From Eledone cirrhosa (taxonomy: Eukaryota): a DNA stretch of 64,000 nt. Position 1 is the stretch's first letter, and each line of letters opens with the position of its first letter. The DNA is taken from contig OZ024743.1 in the NCBI GenBank assembly GCA_964016885.1, positions 41,912,001 to 41,976,000 of the forward strand, written 5' to 3'. Made by a program: the position numbers and the translations under genes. Positions 1 through 17,750 of the stretch are shown piece after piece. Below the pieces are notes generated by a model that saw only the letters and a list, made by a program, of their open reading frames with translations, made no database searches and was not told the DNA's origin.

Positions 1-98
1 TTAATAAATATTTGTTCTACGGTTCTTATATATTTGATATATATTTATCCATCCTTATCGAGCCCTCTTTGGATTTTAGTGTTCAAATTTATTATTAT

Positions 99-100
<2 letters not shown>
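1..100. repeat. End of a short (TA)n-flanked element, same family as 46745-47030
   Basis: 1-100 aligns by eye to 46931-47030 (TTAATAAATATTTG.TCTAC...CTTATCGAGCCCTCTTTGGATTTTAGT.TTCAA) and is followed by (TA)n in both places. Confidence 0.8.
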
Positions 101-163
<63 letters not shown>

Positions 164-2200
164 ATTAATTATTTATTTATTTAAATATTGACCTGATGAA
201 TAGTAAAGAAAACCTAAGAAAAGTTGTTTATTCATTAGATGCTAAAGAAATCAGTATTTAACGTTTCGGGCAACAGAGTTCTTCATAAGTTTGAGGGAGG
301 ACAAAAGATAGAAAGGTAGAACAAAATTAAATTTGATTTCAATTTAAATCTTGTGTTGGCGGGCAACCGAAGCATACCCTATGCTTTTAGTGGTAAGAGG
401 TAAACTCACGATGTTTCAGATCAGATATAGGAGAATTAGAAATATCAGAATTATATTTGAAATATCAAATTCTAGTAGCGAATAGAAAGCTAATAAGCAG
501 TTTATCGTAATAATACTATCTTCTGGCGATTAATAACTGCATGCACTATTTCACTTCAACGACCCTCGTAATCGTTACTCAGTAAAAATGAGATACACTA
601 TTACAGCAAACATATATTAGCAGTTAATTACTTCAATTATTATTTAGATATTAGAGTTTGCCTATTTCTGTATATGTCAGAGAGTATTTGTATTTGTGTT
701 TCATAATTTTGTTAGAACCTCGTCAATTTGTTACAATCTACCGTCGTCTCTCTAATTATCTCTCCCACTCCAACTAATCAGTGTTGAATTTTAAATATGT
801 CTAATACAAAGTTTTCTTTGGTGGTCTGAAACCCCTAATGAAATAATTTCAACATATACATTTAGGTACACTTAGCAGATGTATGTCTGACCCATTGCAT
901 CGCAGCCTGGGCAAATGTCTACTACTATCACCTGTTTGATCAATTATTGAGAATGAAATTTGTCGAGGCTGGAGCTTCGAATTACAAATAAAATCCTCTC
1001 GGCTAGCTTCCATACAGTTTCCGTCTACCACAGTTTCACGAGGATTTTCCCAATATATAACGCAGTGGGACAACCCGGAAACTTGATGAATGCGACGCGA
1101 GCCTCTTAAGCTCTCAGCCATACCATCAAGCAAAATATGAACAATAATGTTGATGGCACGGCATTAACTAACGGTATTTAATTATTAACATACAGCAGTG
1201 GCAATAATCACAACAAATACAGTGTAGTGAGGTAAACACAATTGCCGACTACCACAACATAGAAATGAACCCGGTACATAGAGCTTGCTAATAAAACATC
1301 TAACCATTTTAGCCATACCAAATACATATAATCTGACTGATCTATGTATTCCGATATGTTGAAAATATATTTTCCTCAGTAAGTAAGTTTATATTAAGTT
1401 TCATATTCCTATATAAACATAACAGTTTGCAAGGCGTCCTGTTAGATTTTCAGCACAACTATCAGGAATGTAAGTGAAGTCATATAATACGATTCGTTGT
1501 GTCTCCACTACCAATGAATGTATTGATAGTTCATATCCTCTGGACATAAAACCAGTAAATGATTTCTTGTAACGGCGTCAGAATTATATGTTGTTCGGCA
1601 GGAGCCGGAAGACATATTAACATATGTGTCCATATATCTTTATATATCTTTACAATGCTGTACCGTTTATCGCCTGCCATGTATAACTTCTACGGAAACA
1701 CTAAACATTCCTAGCAAGTGTGGCATGAGTTATTTAGTAGACGTAATGCCCCAACGCAGTTTTGCTTACAATATTTCGTTACATTGTGTATACCAGAGAT
1801 GAAAGGACAAACCGATATTAAACGTAACACAGACTATGGCTATAAAATATAACATATATTCGATCATCTGTTGAACTCAGATGCAAACACACACGTATAC
1901 ATTCATAAACAATTGTGTATATATATATAAATATGTGTGTATGTGTGTGTATGTGTGTGTGTGTGTGTGTGTGTGTACGGATGTACAAACTGCAGACAGA
2001 GGATTTAGTGCAGAGTGGAATTTAATTATTCGGTCAAAGCCTATATACACAAGAACAAACATAAACTTACAAATAAACTAATACACATTTACATACATAC
2101 ATGCACACAGACATTTATATATATATAAAAATATATAAATAAACACACACACACACGCGCGCGCACATACACATATACACACACACACACACACATACAC

Positions 2201-2259
<59 letters not shown>

Positions 2260-2994
2260 AATATAATACAAACGCAAACAGATAAAGAGAGAGTGAAGAT
2301 ATATAAATACACTCTGATTTATAGATTTCCTCACAACGGTGTCGAAAATGTGCCGAATCTCTTATACTTTTCGTTCACAATAGGTTTCTGAAAGTCATCT
2401 AACGTACAAATGATTTGAAAATGAAATTAGAATTACGCTACGACATGAGCTCATGAGTCGAGATTCCTTCTCGCTTCGTTTGTTACTATTATCAGTCCTC
2501 GACTCCTTTTTTTTCGTTACGTGACACACGACATACATACACACACACACATATATGTTTATTGGCTCAGTAGATTGTATGTTAGGCTACCAATTATAGG
2601 GTCGCGATTTCTAATCCCGACTTAGGTGCTGCATTTTTCCCATGAAACAGACGTTTCATTTTACGTTGATCCAGCTACTTCTCCTTGATGAATAGCAGTG
2701 ACGAATGTCGACATTGTTTACAATCATGAGGTTTGCTTTTTTCCCCAGAAAACCAGTGGTATATAGAGGGAAAGCTGACATGCTAGGGTGTCTGCTGGTC
2801 TGTCAGAAAACACCTTGATTTAACTTGCATCTTGGGGATGAATTTCTCAAATGCAAATCAATTTTCAGCCTTGAGCGAAAAGGATTTATCCCCTATAGAT
2901 ATGTTCAAATATTACATGTTTGCCTGTGATTATGGAGCAAATTAGATCATTTGAGAAACCAATAAAGAGCGAATAAATAAAAGAAATGAACAAA

Positions 2995-3116
2995 TCACAC
3001 ACACACACATGCACACACACACATACACACACGCACATACATACACACACACACTAACACACGCACACGCACACATATATGTATGTGTGTGTGTGTGTGC
3101 GTGCGTGTGTGTGTGT

Positions 3117-3199
<83 letters not shown>

Positions 3200-3212
3200 A
3201 TGTGTGTGTGTG
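2995..3212. repeat. Compound (CA)n/(TG)n microsatellite, representative of dozens of TA/CA/GA tracts in the window
   Basis: Directly visible. It generates the HT/CV/YI low-complexity pseudo-ORFs in the track. Confidence 0.95.
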
Positions 3213-3389
3213 ATTTGTTCATTTCTTTTATTTATTCCATGTTATAATACTATAATATTAATAGTATATACTATCTGTGTGTATTTAGAGGCACGAAAAT
3301 ATCACAAGATATTCATTTTCAGCTTTTCGGTTGTGTACTGTTACTAAATGACAAAGAGAGACTGAGAGATGGCGAGAGAGAGAGAGGGA

Positions 3390-3485
<96 letters not shown>

Positions 3486-6400
3486 GAGAGAGAATTAACT
3501 TTCTAACTCCGTTCTCTTGTAATTGATTTCATGTATGCAACTGCCAGTCCATGTTTATCTCATCCCAGGGGGTGCCAGTCTAGCGAAAGGGCTAATCCCA
3601 GACTGCTTCTTGGACTCTTTTTCAAGTTAGTGAACTATAGCATTGCTAAATAAAAGCACGTTACTTAAAGACATCGAACCCATTACCTCATGTTTGTAAG
3701 CCTAATACCCAATACGGAAAGACAGAATGCATCGCACTGTCCAAGTATCGAACCCATAGTCTTAGCATCCCAAATACTAGTGAGTTCTTGAAATCCTTCT
3801 CACGAATTACACCAATGGCAAATCGGTGGATTGATATCAAGCGATTGTTTATGTGTTCCACTTTTAAGGAGAGTACGTGTGTGTATGCGTATGTAAGCAG
3901 GATATAGTCACTGTGCGTGTGCGTCATTGATGAGGTTTATGTTTAAATTGTGTGTGAATGCTGGGAGTATTGTATAGTTTTTCTGATTATGTGTGTGCGC
4001 ATTTCTATGTAAGTTTGTTTAATGTGTTTACCTGTGTATTTCTGTGTGTCTTATATGGTTTGTGTGTGTGCATGTATCATTTATGAGGTTAGTTTGATTG
4101 TATATGTGCGTATGGGTCTGCGTGTTATATATAGTTATGTTGTCAGTGTTATATGATTAATGAATTTGTGTATATGAGTTCGTGCTATATGGTGTATTCT
4201 ATGATTAGTTGCGATGTGCATGGTTTTGTGGTTAATGAATTCAGCCCTCAGTCTTTGATTCGTAGTAGTGTGTACTGTCCTTGAACAGGATACTTTATTT
4301 CACGTGGCATCAGTTGATTCATCTCTCCAATTGTAATCATACTTTTAATTCAAAGTCACAGTTTTCTTATGCATGGTATCATTAAATTACACTGAAAATA
4401 CGTTTAACTTACACGTGGCAATAAATTGCTCATCCACATGCACGCACGTTAATTTCACGTGATTCCACATCTAGAAAACCATCGTCAAAATCAACGGAAA
4501 GCCGTTCCATTCAATATAGTTTAATATATTATTGTTATATGGTGAGTGCGTTTATGCGTTTTATTTTTAGTAGATCTATATTTTGTATTGTTTGTTTCGT
4601 TGTGACATATAGTTCCTCTATTCGTACAATTGGAAGATATAGTTTTTTTTTTTGTCATCACTTGATATGTTTGAACTCTGAACTGGTTTAGAGCTTTATA
4701 TATTCTATAGAGAGAACATATTTGGCGATAAAAGCAGCCGACCCTCGTGTCCTTTATATCTTTAAAAAATATAAGTTGTGTTAAATGAAGCAGGAAAAGA
4801 CAACAAAAGAAACAAGCGCAAATTCTCCTATAATATACCATTTATAATACGAAATATGCCTTAGTTTCTGCAGTTCTGTATTGTGACTTAATATTATATA
4901 TCTTCAGCGTTTTGACATGTTAGCTTCTATGAACTTTGTGATCAATGGCGATGATTTCATCGATCGAAACTTTGATAAATGTACTTCATTATAATAGGCG
5001 TTCTTGTATGAATATTGCCAATATATACGTTCTTCTTCGTTTATTGCCTGCAGTGGTCGAATATTGTTTTATTTATTTCGCGTTAATCTTTTCAGCTATA
5101 TTAACCTCTCCTACAGCTTATCTTATCCTCACTTTGAGATTTCTTTTTATATCGTTGCTGATTTTTCCACCAATATTGTTCATGTGATCTTTGTTTTTTG
5201 TTAATATTTGTGTTATATATTCTTCACATTTTTGCATATTATGGTTATATCTTTTCTGTTTCGCTTGATTTCTTATTAAACGATTTATTCTCAAGTCAGT
5301 GCTGATGTATATTTTCTTACTGTCTCGTGGGTTTATACACACAAACTTAGTTTGTGTACACAGTGTTGCTTACATTATTAGGTTCTTAACTATAGATATC
5401 TCGCTATAATACGTTCCAGCAATGGAACCTCTAACTAATCCTTACAGTGCGGCAAATTTTACTGAAATTATACTCTGATAATGAAAGAAATGGCATATTT
5501 GATATTACATTAAGAATGCATAATTACACCTTTGTTATGAAGAATGTTAGGTCAAAGTTGAACTTGACATATATTGGCTTTAGACGACACTTTGTCAAAT
5601 TCCAACGCCCAGTGTGCCATGCTGTGGGAAAATTTAAAAATATATGGTTGGAAATCACACCCGTTAGTTTATAGATATGCCTCTCTCTATGAAGGAATGA
5701 TTCTACCCTATAATGTCCTAGCGATCATATTCTAAATGCTTAACTACTGTTACATTGAATAATAGATTAGAAAACGTTAATCCACACGTAATGAATATAG
5801 GACGTCAACTATTAATTATCAATTAAGAATATAATTTCTAACGAGAATGTATCACATATTTACTTATTAAAATCCTTATTAAAGAAATCATATGAATTAC
5901 AACTGAATGATTGTCAAGTATGTTAGAGTTTCGGGATAATAGAACCCCGGCAGTTATTACAACTTGGAATTCACGTGATGAAGAATCCAACCTTTTCTTT
6001 AAATATTTTTGGATTCCATGAATAAAGGGCAGAGGTTTGACGCCACTGAGAGAACAGTGGGTGTGAAAACTTTGGGTATCTACTTTGCCCCTTTGCGTTT
6101 TGACTTACATAACATGGAGTGTAGGGGCTTGCATGCAGGAGAGTCTGTTGGAACTCTGAGAAAGGTGAAAAGGAAACAGGCTCATTTAGACCTGGGAATT
6201 GGAGAAGACTTGTTTCTGAGTCAAATTCATTTGAAAGCCCCAGTTATACTAATGCTGAATACATACTCCTCAAGCAATATTGTTTCAAGGATAACAAATA
6301 TATTTTGTTTTGAGAATGTGCATTTCATCAATACAAATGCTATATCTAAAAATGATTAACTATAAATGTTTATTGAATTGGGATATTACTAAATGAGTGT

Positions 6401-7394
6401 GGCGACTGGTCCTTTCAATCGTTAAACGAAAATGATTTTAGTAGTATACGTAATCTAAATTTAAACTGCAATTTTCAGTCATACATTTATGTTTTAAAGG
6501 AAAATCGGTGATATAATTATAAGACGTATGCCATACAGATTTACTAAGATTTCGGTGATGCCAACTGCGGATTAAAAAATACGAGATTCAGTTAAATGAG
6601 ACATGTAATTGACATTTTAATGAGAAAACGTAATTATATAGAGAAGTATGCTATAGAAGTGAAGTTAATTATAAATAGAATGCAAATGTTTGGGAGTGTG
6701 TTCTGTGGCAGTTCTAGGGAACCTCAGCTCATGTTTCAGTTCATTAGATATATTCTACAAATTATATTCTAATTTCTATCAGTAGTTGTTACAAAAATAC
6801 CGAAGATCCAGTATATCTTGCAGTGACGTTTATGATAGGCGGTGAAGAGTCAGTACGTTGTTATTTTTAATACCATTTACTTGAGCTCTGACTCCAAATA
6901 TTGCCGATGTGAACTTATCAATTATGTTATCGAAGTCCAGTACTAGGATGATACTTCATCAATATCACTCTTACCCTTCTCTCGTTCCCTCTATTATGTG
7001 TCTCTTTCTTTCTCTCTCTTTCACTTTCTGTCTTTCTCTCTCTGGAAAAGAATCGCTGGTGTTCAGACCTGGCTTTCGCCAGGTTTAAAAGCCCCTACAA
7101 TCCCATCACGAGATAAGAACCAATGGCATGCTGCATGGTTTGGGGGTGTTAGCACCTTGTAATAATATCTCTTTCATATTGAACTAGTAATTGATAAATA
7201 TCATAGGAAATATTTCAAATGTCCTGCATACATTTTATTCAATAGCATGCAATAGGAACAAATTGTCAAAATATTTGAAATATGGTGTACCAGAACTCTA
7301 CTGCATGGCTCTTTCGCTTAAATACTGCGTCATTCAAGTAATATCATTAAGGGAAAGCTCAAAGAAAACATTATATTTGGTCCGATTAAATGAC

Positions 7395-7572
7395 CAGATT
7401 GTTAGAACGTCGGATAAAATGCTTTATGGTATTCGTTCCAGGTCTTTGCTCTCAGAGTTCAAGTCCCGCCAAGGTCAACTTTGCCTTTCATCGTTACGGG
7501 ATATATAACATAAAGTACCAGTAATGCACTGGGATAATTGCTGGCCTAGTGCCAAGCTTAGAAACAATTATT
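7395..7572 (+). mobile_element. Older copy of the tRNA-derived SINE family
   Basis: GAGTTCAAGTCCCGCC B-box-like motif, CTTTGCCTTTCATC core and AAGTACCAGTAATGCACTGGG...GAAACAATTATT tail, as in 21038-21226. Confidence 0.8.
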
Positions 7573-8082
7573 AGGATTATGAAGAAATGGTAAATCAAAA
7601 TTCAATATCTTGAATGTGGCATACAATTACACTGAATTTGGTCTAGAAGCGTTTGAAGGAAGACAAAATTAAAGGTTCTTACAAGGAACCTTGATATGAT
7701 ACGTAATCCTTTACTCACACGAAGCATATATTTAGCTTTGGATATTTTATGTGATGTTAAATACATACAGTCAGAAATATAATTTACACAAAAGAATAAA
7801 CATCTGGGAAAATCGATAATATATAAATCTAAATCTTAATTACGTATTCAGTTGTAAACAGTTTATACATATAGGAGGTCGGCATAAACTAATTCACGGA
7901 GAGAATCCATATAAACATGTCACATTCTGACACACGGATAAGGTTAAAACGGACAAATGCCATAATGATTTTCATGAAGTCAGCAAGGCGTTAAAACCAA
8001 AAATTAAATGTCAAATCTCTTTTCAATGTATGGATTCTTATGTCATATGCACCTGTATACGCTAATACACTCACGCACACAC

Positions 8083-8126
<44 letters not shown>

Positions 8127-8177
8127 ACATACACACACATATATATATATATATATATAAAGAGAGAGAGAGGGAGA

Positions 8178-8386
8178 GGAAGCGGTTCAGGACCCCGACG
8201 GCAGAGCTCAAGCCTTTTCTACGGCTATTTATGGACGCTACTTTAGAACAGAAATAGCCGTCTAAACGGCTTGAGCTCTGCTGTCGGGGTCCTGAACCTT
8301 TTCCTATTACCCACTCTACTACCCAAAGTATCGAGTACGCTGGTGTATTATGGTCCACCTGGTTCCTTACCACACTTCCTTCCTTA
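8178..8386. mobile_element. Short fold-back element, family A (also 34594-34750 and 46513-46700)
   Basis: 8178-8230 is an inverted copy of 8252-8304. The body matches the other two copies, and it is flanked by microsatellites. Confidence 0.8.
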
Positions 8387-8399
8387 TATATATATATAT

Positions 8400-9702
8400 T
8401 CTTTTTTCTTTCTAGGGCGAGTAAAATCCCCGAGATCCATGGACGAGTTCTCTCCACTTGTCTCTGTCCCTCATTATCGCTGCCATGTCCTGCGTCTCCA
8501 ACAGACCAGTGTCTGTCCTTAGGGCATCAACATACGTTAACCTTGGTATTCCTCTTCCAGTGAGGGTGTCCATGTAGGGGCTCCCACAGGAGCACTGAGT
8601 GCAATGTCAACTCTGGATGTCGATGAGCATGTCCAGCTAACCTCAGTCTCCTCTGTGTCCCTTTTGAGCTGACTTTTGGGAGACTCCCATACAGCTCTGA
8701 GGTTTTCGTCCTCAGTGGATACTGATTAATGTTCAGAGCCATCCTCAGCATTCTCGTGTAGCAACCATTCACTATCTGAGTGAGTTTATTGGTCAGTGTC
8801 CAAGTCTCAGACCCGTACAGCAGCACGGACTCCACTACAGCAATGAAGAGGCTGATTTTCAGGTCTTTACGAAGGTCTGACTTCCACACCGAGCTCAAGC
8901 TGTGACACGCCACCCAGGCTTTGCTCTTCCTCTCAGCCACATCATCTTCCGTATTCCCAATCTTTGCTCCCCAAATACAGGTAGTCCTCAACCAATTCTA
9001 GCGGCTTCCCGCCTACATTAGTGATCCCCTCTGGCTTCTCAACATTATCTATCAGATATTTTGTTTTAGTCTCATTTATTCTCAGCCCCACACTCATCAA
9101 CACAGTCTCAACCTCTTGCATCAAATCCTTTGTCTCCTTCACTGTATTTGTCACCAAAACTATGTCATCGTCAAATTCAGCATCCGATATCCTTTTCGCC
9201 TCACTGACGTCACTTGTGGCAAAGACCCTCAACAGGATGATTCTTAACAGGATGCAGCCTGAGATGGAGAAGAAGCACAGGGACAACCAGAACGGCTTCA
9301 GAGAGGGAAGATCAACCACCAGTCACATCCTGATGCTGAGGATGATATTAGAGGGAGATAGAGCAAAGTGCCTTCCTGCGGTCATGGTTTTCATTCACTT
9401 TAGGAAGGCCTTTGATTCTGTGGACCGTCACTGCCTAATGAAGATCTTACAGGCTTATGGAATCCCCAAGAAGATGGGGGACCTGATATCACTGCTCTAC
9501 ACCAACACCAAAGCCAAAGTCATTACACCAGATGGGATGACGGAGTTCTTTGAGATACTGCCTGGAGTGCTCCAGGGAGATACATTGGCTGCCTACCATT
9601 TTATCCTCGTAGTGGACAGTTTTATGCGCCTTGCACTGGAGAAACACCAGGACTATGGGTTTACTGTAGCACCGGTTCAGAGCAGGAGAGTTAAGGCGAA
9701 AA
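8400..9702 (-). mobile_element. RTE-clade LINE fragment, 5'-truncated with a 5' inversion
   Basis: The + segment (~9200-9702) encodes RT motifs QNGFREGRST, FIHFRKAFDSV and GVLQGDTLA. The - segment encodes EFDDDIVL, GLRINETKTKY, VESVLLYGSETWTL and RRLRLAGH. (TA)n lies on both sides. Confidence 0.9.
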
Positions 9703-9715
9703 TATATATATATAT

Positions 9716-12404
<2,689 letters not shown>

Positions 12405-13263
12405 CACAATGTAGTCTGAAACGTGAGCGTATCTATATTGACTCTTTGATTTATTCATGCAATACCAGTGGTTTCATATGCGTTATCACTGCTAACTTAT
12501 TTATATGCTTCTGGATAGTTTACTTATAATGAAAAACTAAATGTAATGAACCGAATACATTTTATCGTCTCACAAAACGATTATATGCTGCGAACTACGG
12601 TATCAACTGGCCAAACGTTTCCTTCTCTTACGGACGTCGTCAAGACCTCTGGTGTCCTTGGTCCCCACACTGCCAATATATTTGTTCAAATCCAAAAGAG
12701 AGAGCACGCCCGAGAAAGGAGCTCCGCGAGCTTGAGTGGCTGTTTCTCATTCTATTTGAACACCTGAAATTACGTAGTCGAATATATTCTCATATATTAC
12801 CTACTCTAATACGACACCGATTAAAATGATAAATTGTGCCGAATACCGCCGGCTAGTGTTATGTTGTAAGAATAACGTAATGTTTAATAAAGAAAAAATT
12901 GGACTATGAAATATTTTTAATAAGTAAAATTATATTTGCGTTTATACACATAAACTGTATTACTGCTTCGAGTACATATGCCTTACATTAAACCATTTTC
13001 TGACTTTAATCAAATTGCATGATGTTTCAAAAACACATGTATTCCTTTGCAAATCCTATGGGTTATTTTTGTGAATAAATCTAATATTTTTGTCAAAATA
13101 TTCAAATGAATTTCCAGGATATAATTACATAAAAATAAGGAGGAATTTAATATACCAAAAGAAAGTAGCCTTGGAAAGGAATATAAATACTATTAATGAA
13201 AGGAAAAAGATGCAAAGTTCAAGGATAGATAGAGGGAAGGAGAGAGTATGACAAACTCTAAAC

Positions 13264-13500
13264 CTAAGTCAAAGCGGTGCTTCGGCTGCACTTCACAGAT
13301 AAAATAGCAAAGGCATTTCCGTGGACAATGACCAGCGACACTCGATGTAATAGTCTCCCCCACACTTCACGTGGCTCCTTCCTAAGACGGGTTCCTGTCA
13401 TTTCGATTTTACGGAGGTTAGCTGTATCGTTTCTGAGGAATAAACGGCCACCGGTGCAAAGAGGAGGAGAACGAAAAAGTCCCTGTATCATTACGAGCCA
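13264..13500 (-). mobile_element. C-terminal remnant of an RLE-endonuclease non-LTR element (CRE-like)
   Basis: The translation ...EPREVWGRLLHRVSLVIVHGNAFAIL resembles the RxSxAxxRGNAxxI C-terminus of CRE-type elements (from memory). Confidence 0.45.
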
Positions 13501-13559
13501 CGTTCCTTAAATATATATTCCGTGTAATTTCCAATTCCACTTTCTCTCACTCCCTCCCT

Positions 13560-13591
<32 letters not shown>

Positions 13592-13629
13592 ATTTTCTCT
13601 CTCTCTATATATATATATATACATATATA

Positions 13630-13832
13630 TGTAATAAGGTTGATACGGTGCGTCCATAGGCGGTATGCCGGTTGAGCACTCTATGCTCCATCCGAGCAGA
13701 ATATAATATTATGGAAAACGAAGAATCAGTGATGCAGCAGAACAATTTATTTCGTATTACAGAACCCACCTCGAGAAACAATTGTAATACGTAATAAATT
13801 GTTCCGATGCATCACTGATTCTTCGTTTTCCA
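13630..13832. mobile_element. Small (TA)n-flanked fold-back element
   Basis: GGAAAACGAAGAATCAGTGATGCA...AACAATTTATT (13713-13751) is inverted at ~13792-13831. Confidence 0.65.
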
Positions 13833-13849
13833 TATATATATATATATAT

Positions 13850-15279
13850 TTTAAAAAGTTAAACAAGATTCAATGAGTACATCAAAGAATGGGTTTTACA
13901 GTAGATTGAAAGCACTCTACAAGAATATATTTTCCAGAGTTATTAATATTAAATTCAAATATTAATAAAATAGATGTTCTTGTGATCAATTAAATTTTAT
14001 TATACATATTTTGAACTGTGGACCATTCATGCGTTTACATTTTTATTTATATCTATGTATTTTATAGTTAATGCATGTATGAATCTATTATCTAAGATTA
14101 TAATCGTTATCCATAACTAAATGTATACCGTCTCATTAATACTTAGTATATCTCTCTATATGTAGCTGGTGCAAATATGTTTATATTGTATAATAACATA
14201 ATCATAATTATAGTTCGGTATATCTCTGTATATAGGTTTGTGCGGATATGACTATAATGTATAATAACACAATCATAATTTTAGTTCGGTATAACTCTAT
14301 ATATAGCTTGTGCAAATATATTTATATTGTATATTAACATAATCATAATTAGAGTGCGGTTCTTCCCTAGAAGGCTGAACTAATGTAGTGATCTAATATA
14401 ATATATGAACAAATAATAAAAAATAATAATGTATAGTCTTCTTAGTACGATCAATGCACACATATATATATATTTTCAGCTGAACACTCTGGTTTAATTG
14501 TTATACTTTAGACACTATAACTATTTAACAATGAATTCCTTGATAATTATAACTGTAAATACTTCATAAACTATACATACGGAACATGTTGACACTGTTA
14601 CAAGTAATATTGTTAAAGATTACCTTTGCGTGAATATTGACCTGTATATATTTTTCTTTCGCGGGCCTAGTAAATCCTTTAAATTTCTTTTCATAAAATT
14701 TTAGAAATTTAACACATTTATAAAATTTATAAAATTTATAACACAAATAACCATCAACTTTTAAAACCTAAAATGTTGATTCGTTACCCTAAAATAACAT
14801 AAATTAAATTAAATATTTTGAAATTTAACTGCCAAGGCTATATGTTTATATGTGTCTGAAGAATATTTGTGCATAAATTACTCCCCTTTATCTCTCTCTC
14901 TTTAATTATCTATCAGTTGCATTCTCAAACTAAAAACTAAAAAAATATAACTCCAGATATCAATAGTCTTCCTCTATAGTCCTACAGTAGCATTTCAAAC
15001 TTTAATAACTCTATAACTGTTACATTAAAGCAATATTTTTCTTACTCACGCCCTCTCTATTGATTCTATTATGTTTTCGCTTGTTCTCATTTGTAGAGTA
15101 TAAATATTGAGTTTTCTCATAAGTTAATCACTACCTTCATTAAATCTTATCCATCTAACATGTCAGGGTATGTCATGTATCATTTTATTTTATCTGATGA
15201 GGAAGTACCGTTGAACTTGATTCAAGTACCTCTCAAAATGTAATTGATCACAAGAACATCTATTTTGTTAATATTTGAA

Positions 15280-15285
<6 letters not shown>
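13850..15285. mobile_element. ~1.4-kb (TA)n-flanked element of family F with an inverted terminal segment and an internal 72-bp minisatellite
   Basis: 13850-14030 resembles 20381-20550, and 15235-15285 is the reverse complement of ~13948-13998. There are three ~72-bp units at 14146-14360 and a degenerate TATTTTAT-CTGATGA-GG at 15186. Confidence 0.6.
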
Positions 15286-15347
<62 letters not shown>

Positions 15348-15426
15348 ATATATATATATAGTCACACAAACAAAATGGCGTAGGATAGAAGAAAGGAAAG
15401 GCACAGAAACGAAGAAAGAAATCCCC

Positions 15427-15471
15427 AGTCACTGAAGAGGTCACAGAGTGTGTGACGAAAGAACTATGACT
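15427..15471 (+). ncRNA. Type I hammerhead in a solo pLTR fragment (15361-15471) of PLE family B
   Basis: AGTCA-CTGAAGA-GGTCAC(AGAGTGT)GTGAC-GAAA-GAAC-TA-TGACT, with perfect 5-bp stems I and II. Confidence 0.85.
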
Positions 15472-15490
15472 ATATATATATATATATATA

Positions 15491-16614
<1,124 letters not shown>

Positions 16615-16698
16615 AGGAGAGAGAGACATTGGTTGATTGATAGTGCAAGAATAACAGGATGAACACATTGATGCAATATTTCGAAGTCTTATTATTTG

Positions 16699-16891
16699 GG
16701 ATGGTGGATTGACAGTATCGGTAGAGGGTCGGACGCCATGCTTTGTCGCATAGAGTTACGGCAGTTGCTATTCTGAGTTCAAATCACGCCGAGGTTAACT
16801 TTGCCTTTCATCCTTATAGGGTCGATACAATCAAGTACCAGTAATGCACTGGGATAATTGCTGGCCTTGTGCCAAAAGTAGAAACAATTAT
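16699..16891 (+). mobile_element. tRNA-derived SINE with TSD ATTATTTGGGA
   Basis: Matches 21038-21226. TSD at 16691-16701 and 16887-16897. Confidence 0.9.
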
Positions 16892-17299
16892 TTGGGAATG
16901 AAAAAATATATATATCATTTGGCGTATCGAACGTGAATCATTCAACAGAAATGAGCAAAGCTCTGTGGGTGAGGTGTTTGCAATATTTGGGGAAAATTAA
17001 CACTTTTTAATAAGATTTGCGTAAGAGCAGGCAAGTAGGGTGACGTGCGTGTATGGGTTGGTGTTAGGTGGAGAGTCTAGGTATCATTGGAATTGGTATG
17101 TTTATAATGATGGAATGCATTTTGTCGGCTGCAGACTAACAGGTTTTGTTCAGTACTTCAGATGTATATGATTACTTAATGACTAACCAACAGAACTATG
17201 CATCATTCTTTCAACATATAGTGATTTTGCTACTCTCAGGAATTAGCTATTCCTCAAATAAACGAAAAGGAACGAATATAAATAAGAGCCCATCTTCAG

Positions 17300-17750
17300 A
17301 TATGTTAAATGAAAATGTTTCTATTGATATTTGTTTTACTGTTCGTATCTGAACGCAACAAACAGCAATGACGATTACACAGTGCTTTTGCAGACGTGCT
17401 AACTCTTTTGTCAACTCTCAGCCTTTGAAATTGGGCATTATTTATTGTGTAATTCTCTTCGGTGTGGTTGTTTCGTATGTAAAATGTCATGAGATAAAAT
17501 TAACGTATGTTTTTGGTTAGTTGCTATATTTGGTCCACAAACTTATTTTCTTCGCTACACGGTGAAATATCAGTAACACAATAATAAACAACCAACCACA
17601 TATTGGCTGACAATCATATTTTGTTCAACGATTATCACAACAATATTTACGAAAAGTCGCAATCAAAAGGTTTTTGTTGCGTAGAACTTGCATCCATGTC
17701 GACAGCTGAATTAGAAATGTACCACTATGTGTGTGGTGACCTTAAACAAA
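17300..17750 (-). pseudogene. Possible highly decayed Helitron Pif1-helicase C-terminus
   Basis: The - strand YTINNAQFQRLRV resembles TINKAQGQSL. A shifted frame gives LFVAFR (cf. QLYVAxSR), and upstream MQVLRN resembles MLLRN. Confidence 0.35.

Noticed and set aside
6009-6359. 116-aa ORF as a host gene
   Set aside because: It has a non-ATG start, no recognisable motif and no splice support. It may be antisense to a decayed TE.
12836-12858. Helitron 3' end (GCCG...CGGCTAGT)
   Set aside because: The hairpin overlaps the CTAG with no spacer, and no matching 5' end or second copy was seen.
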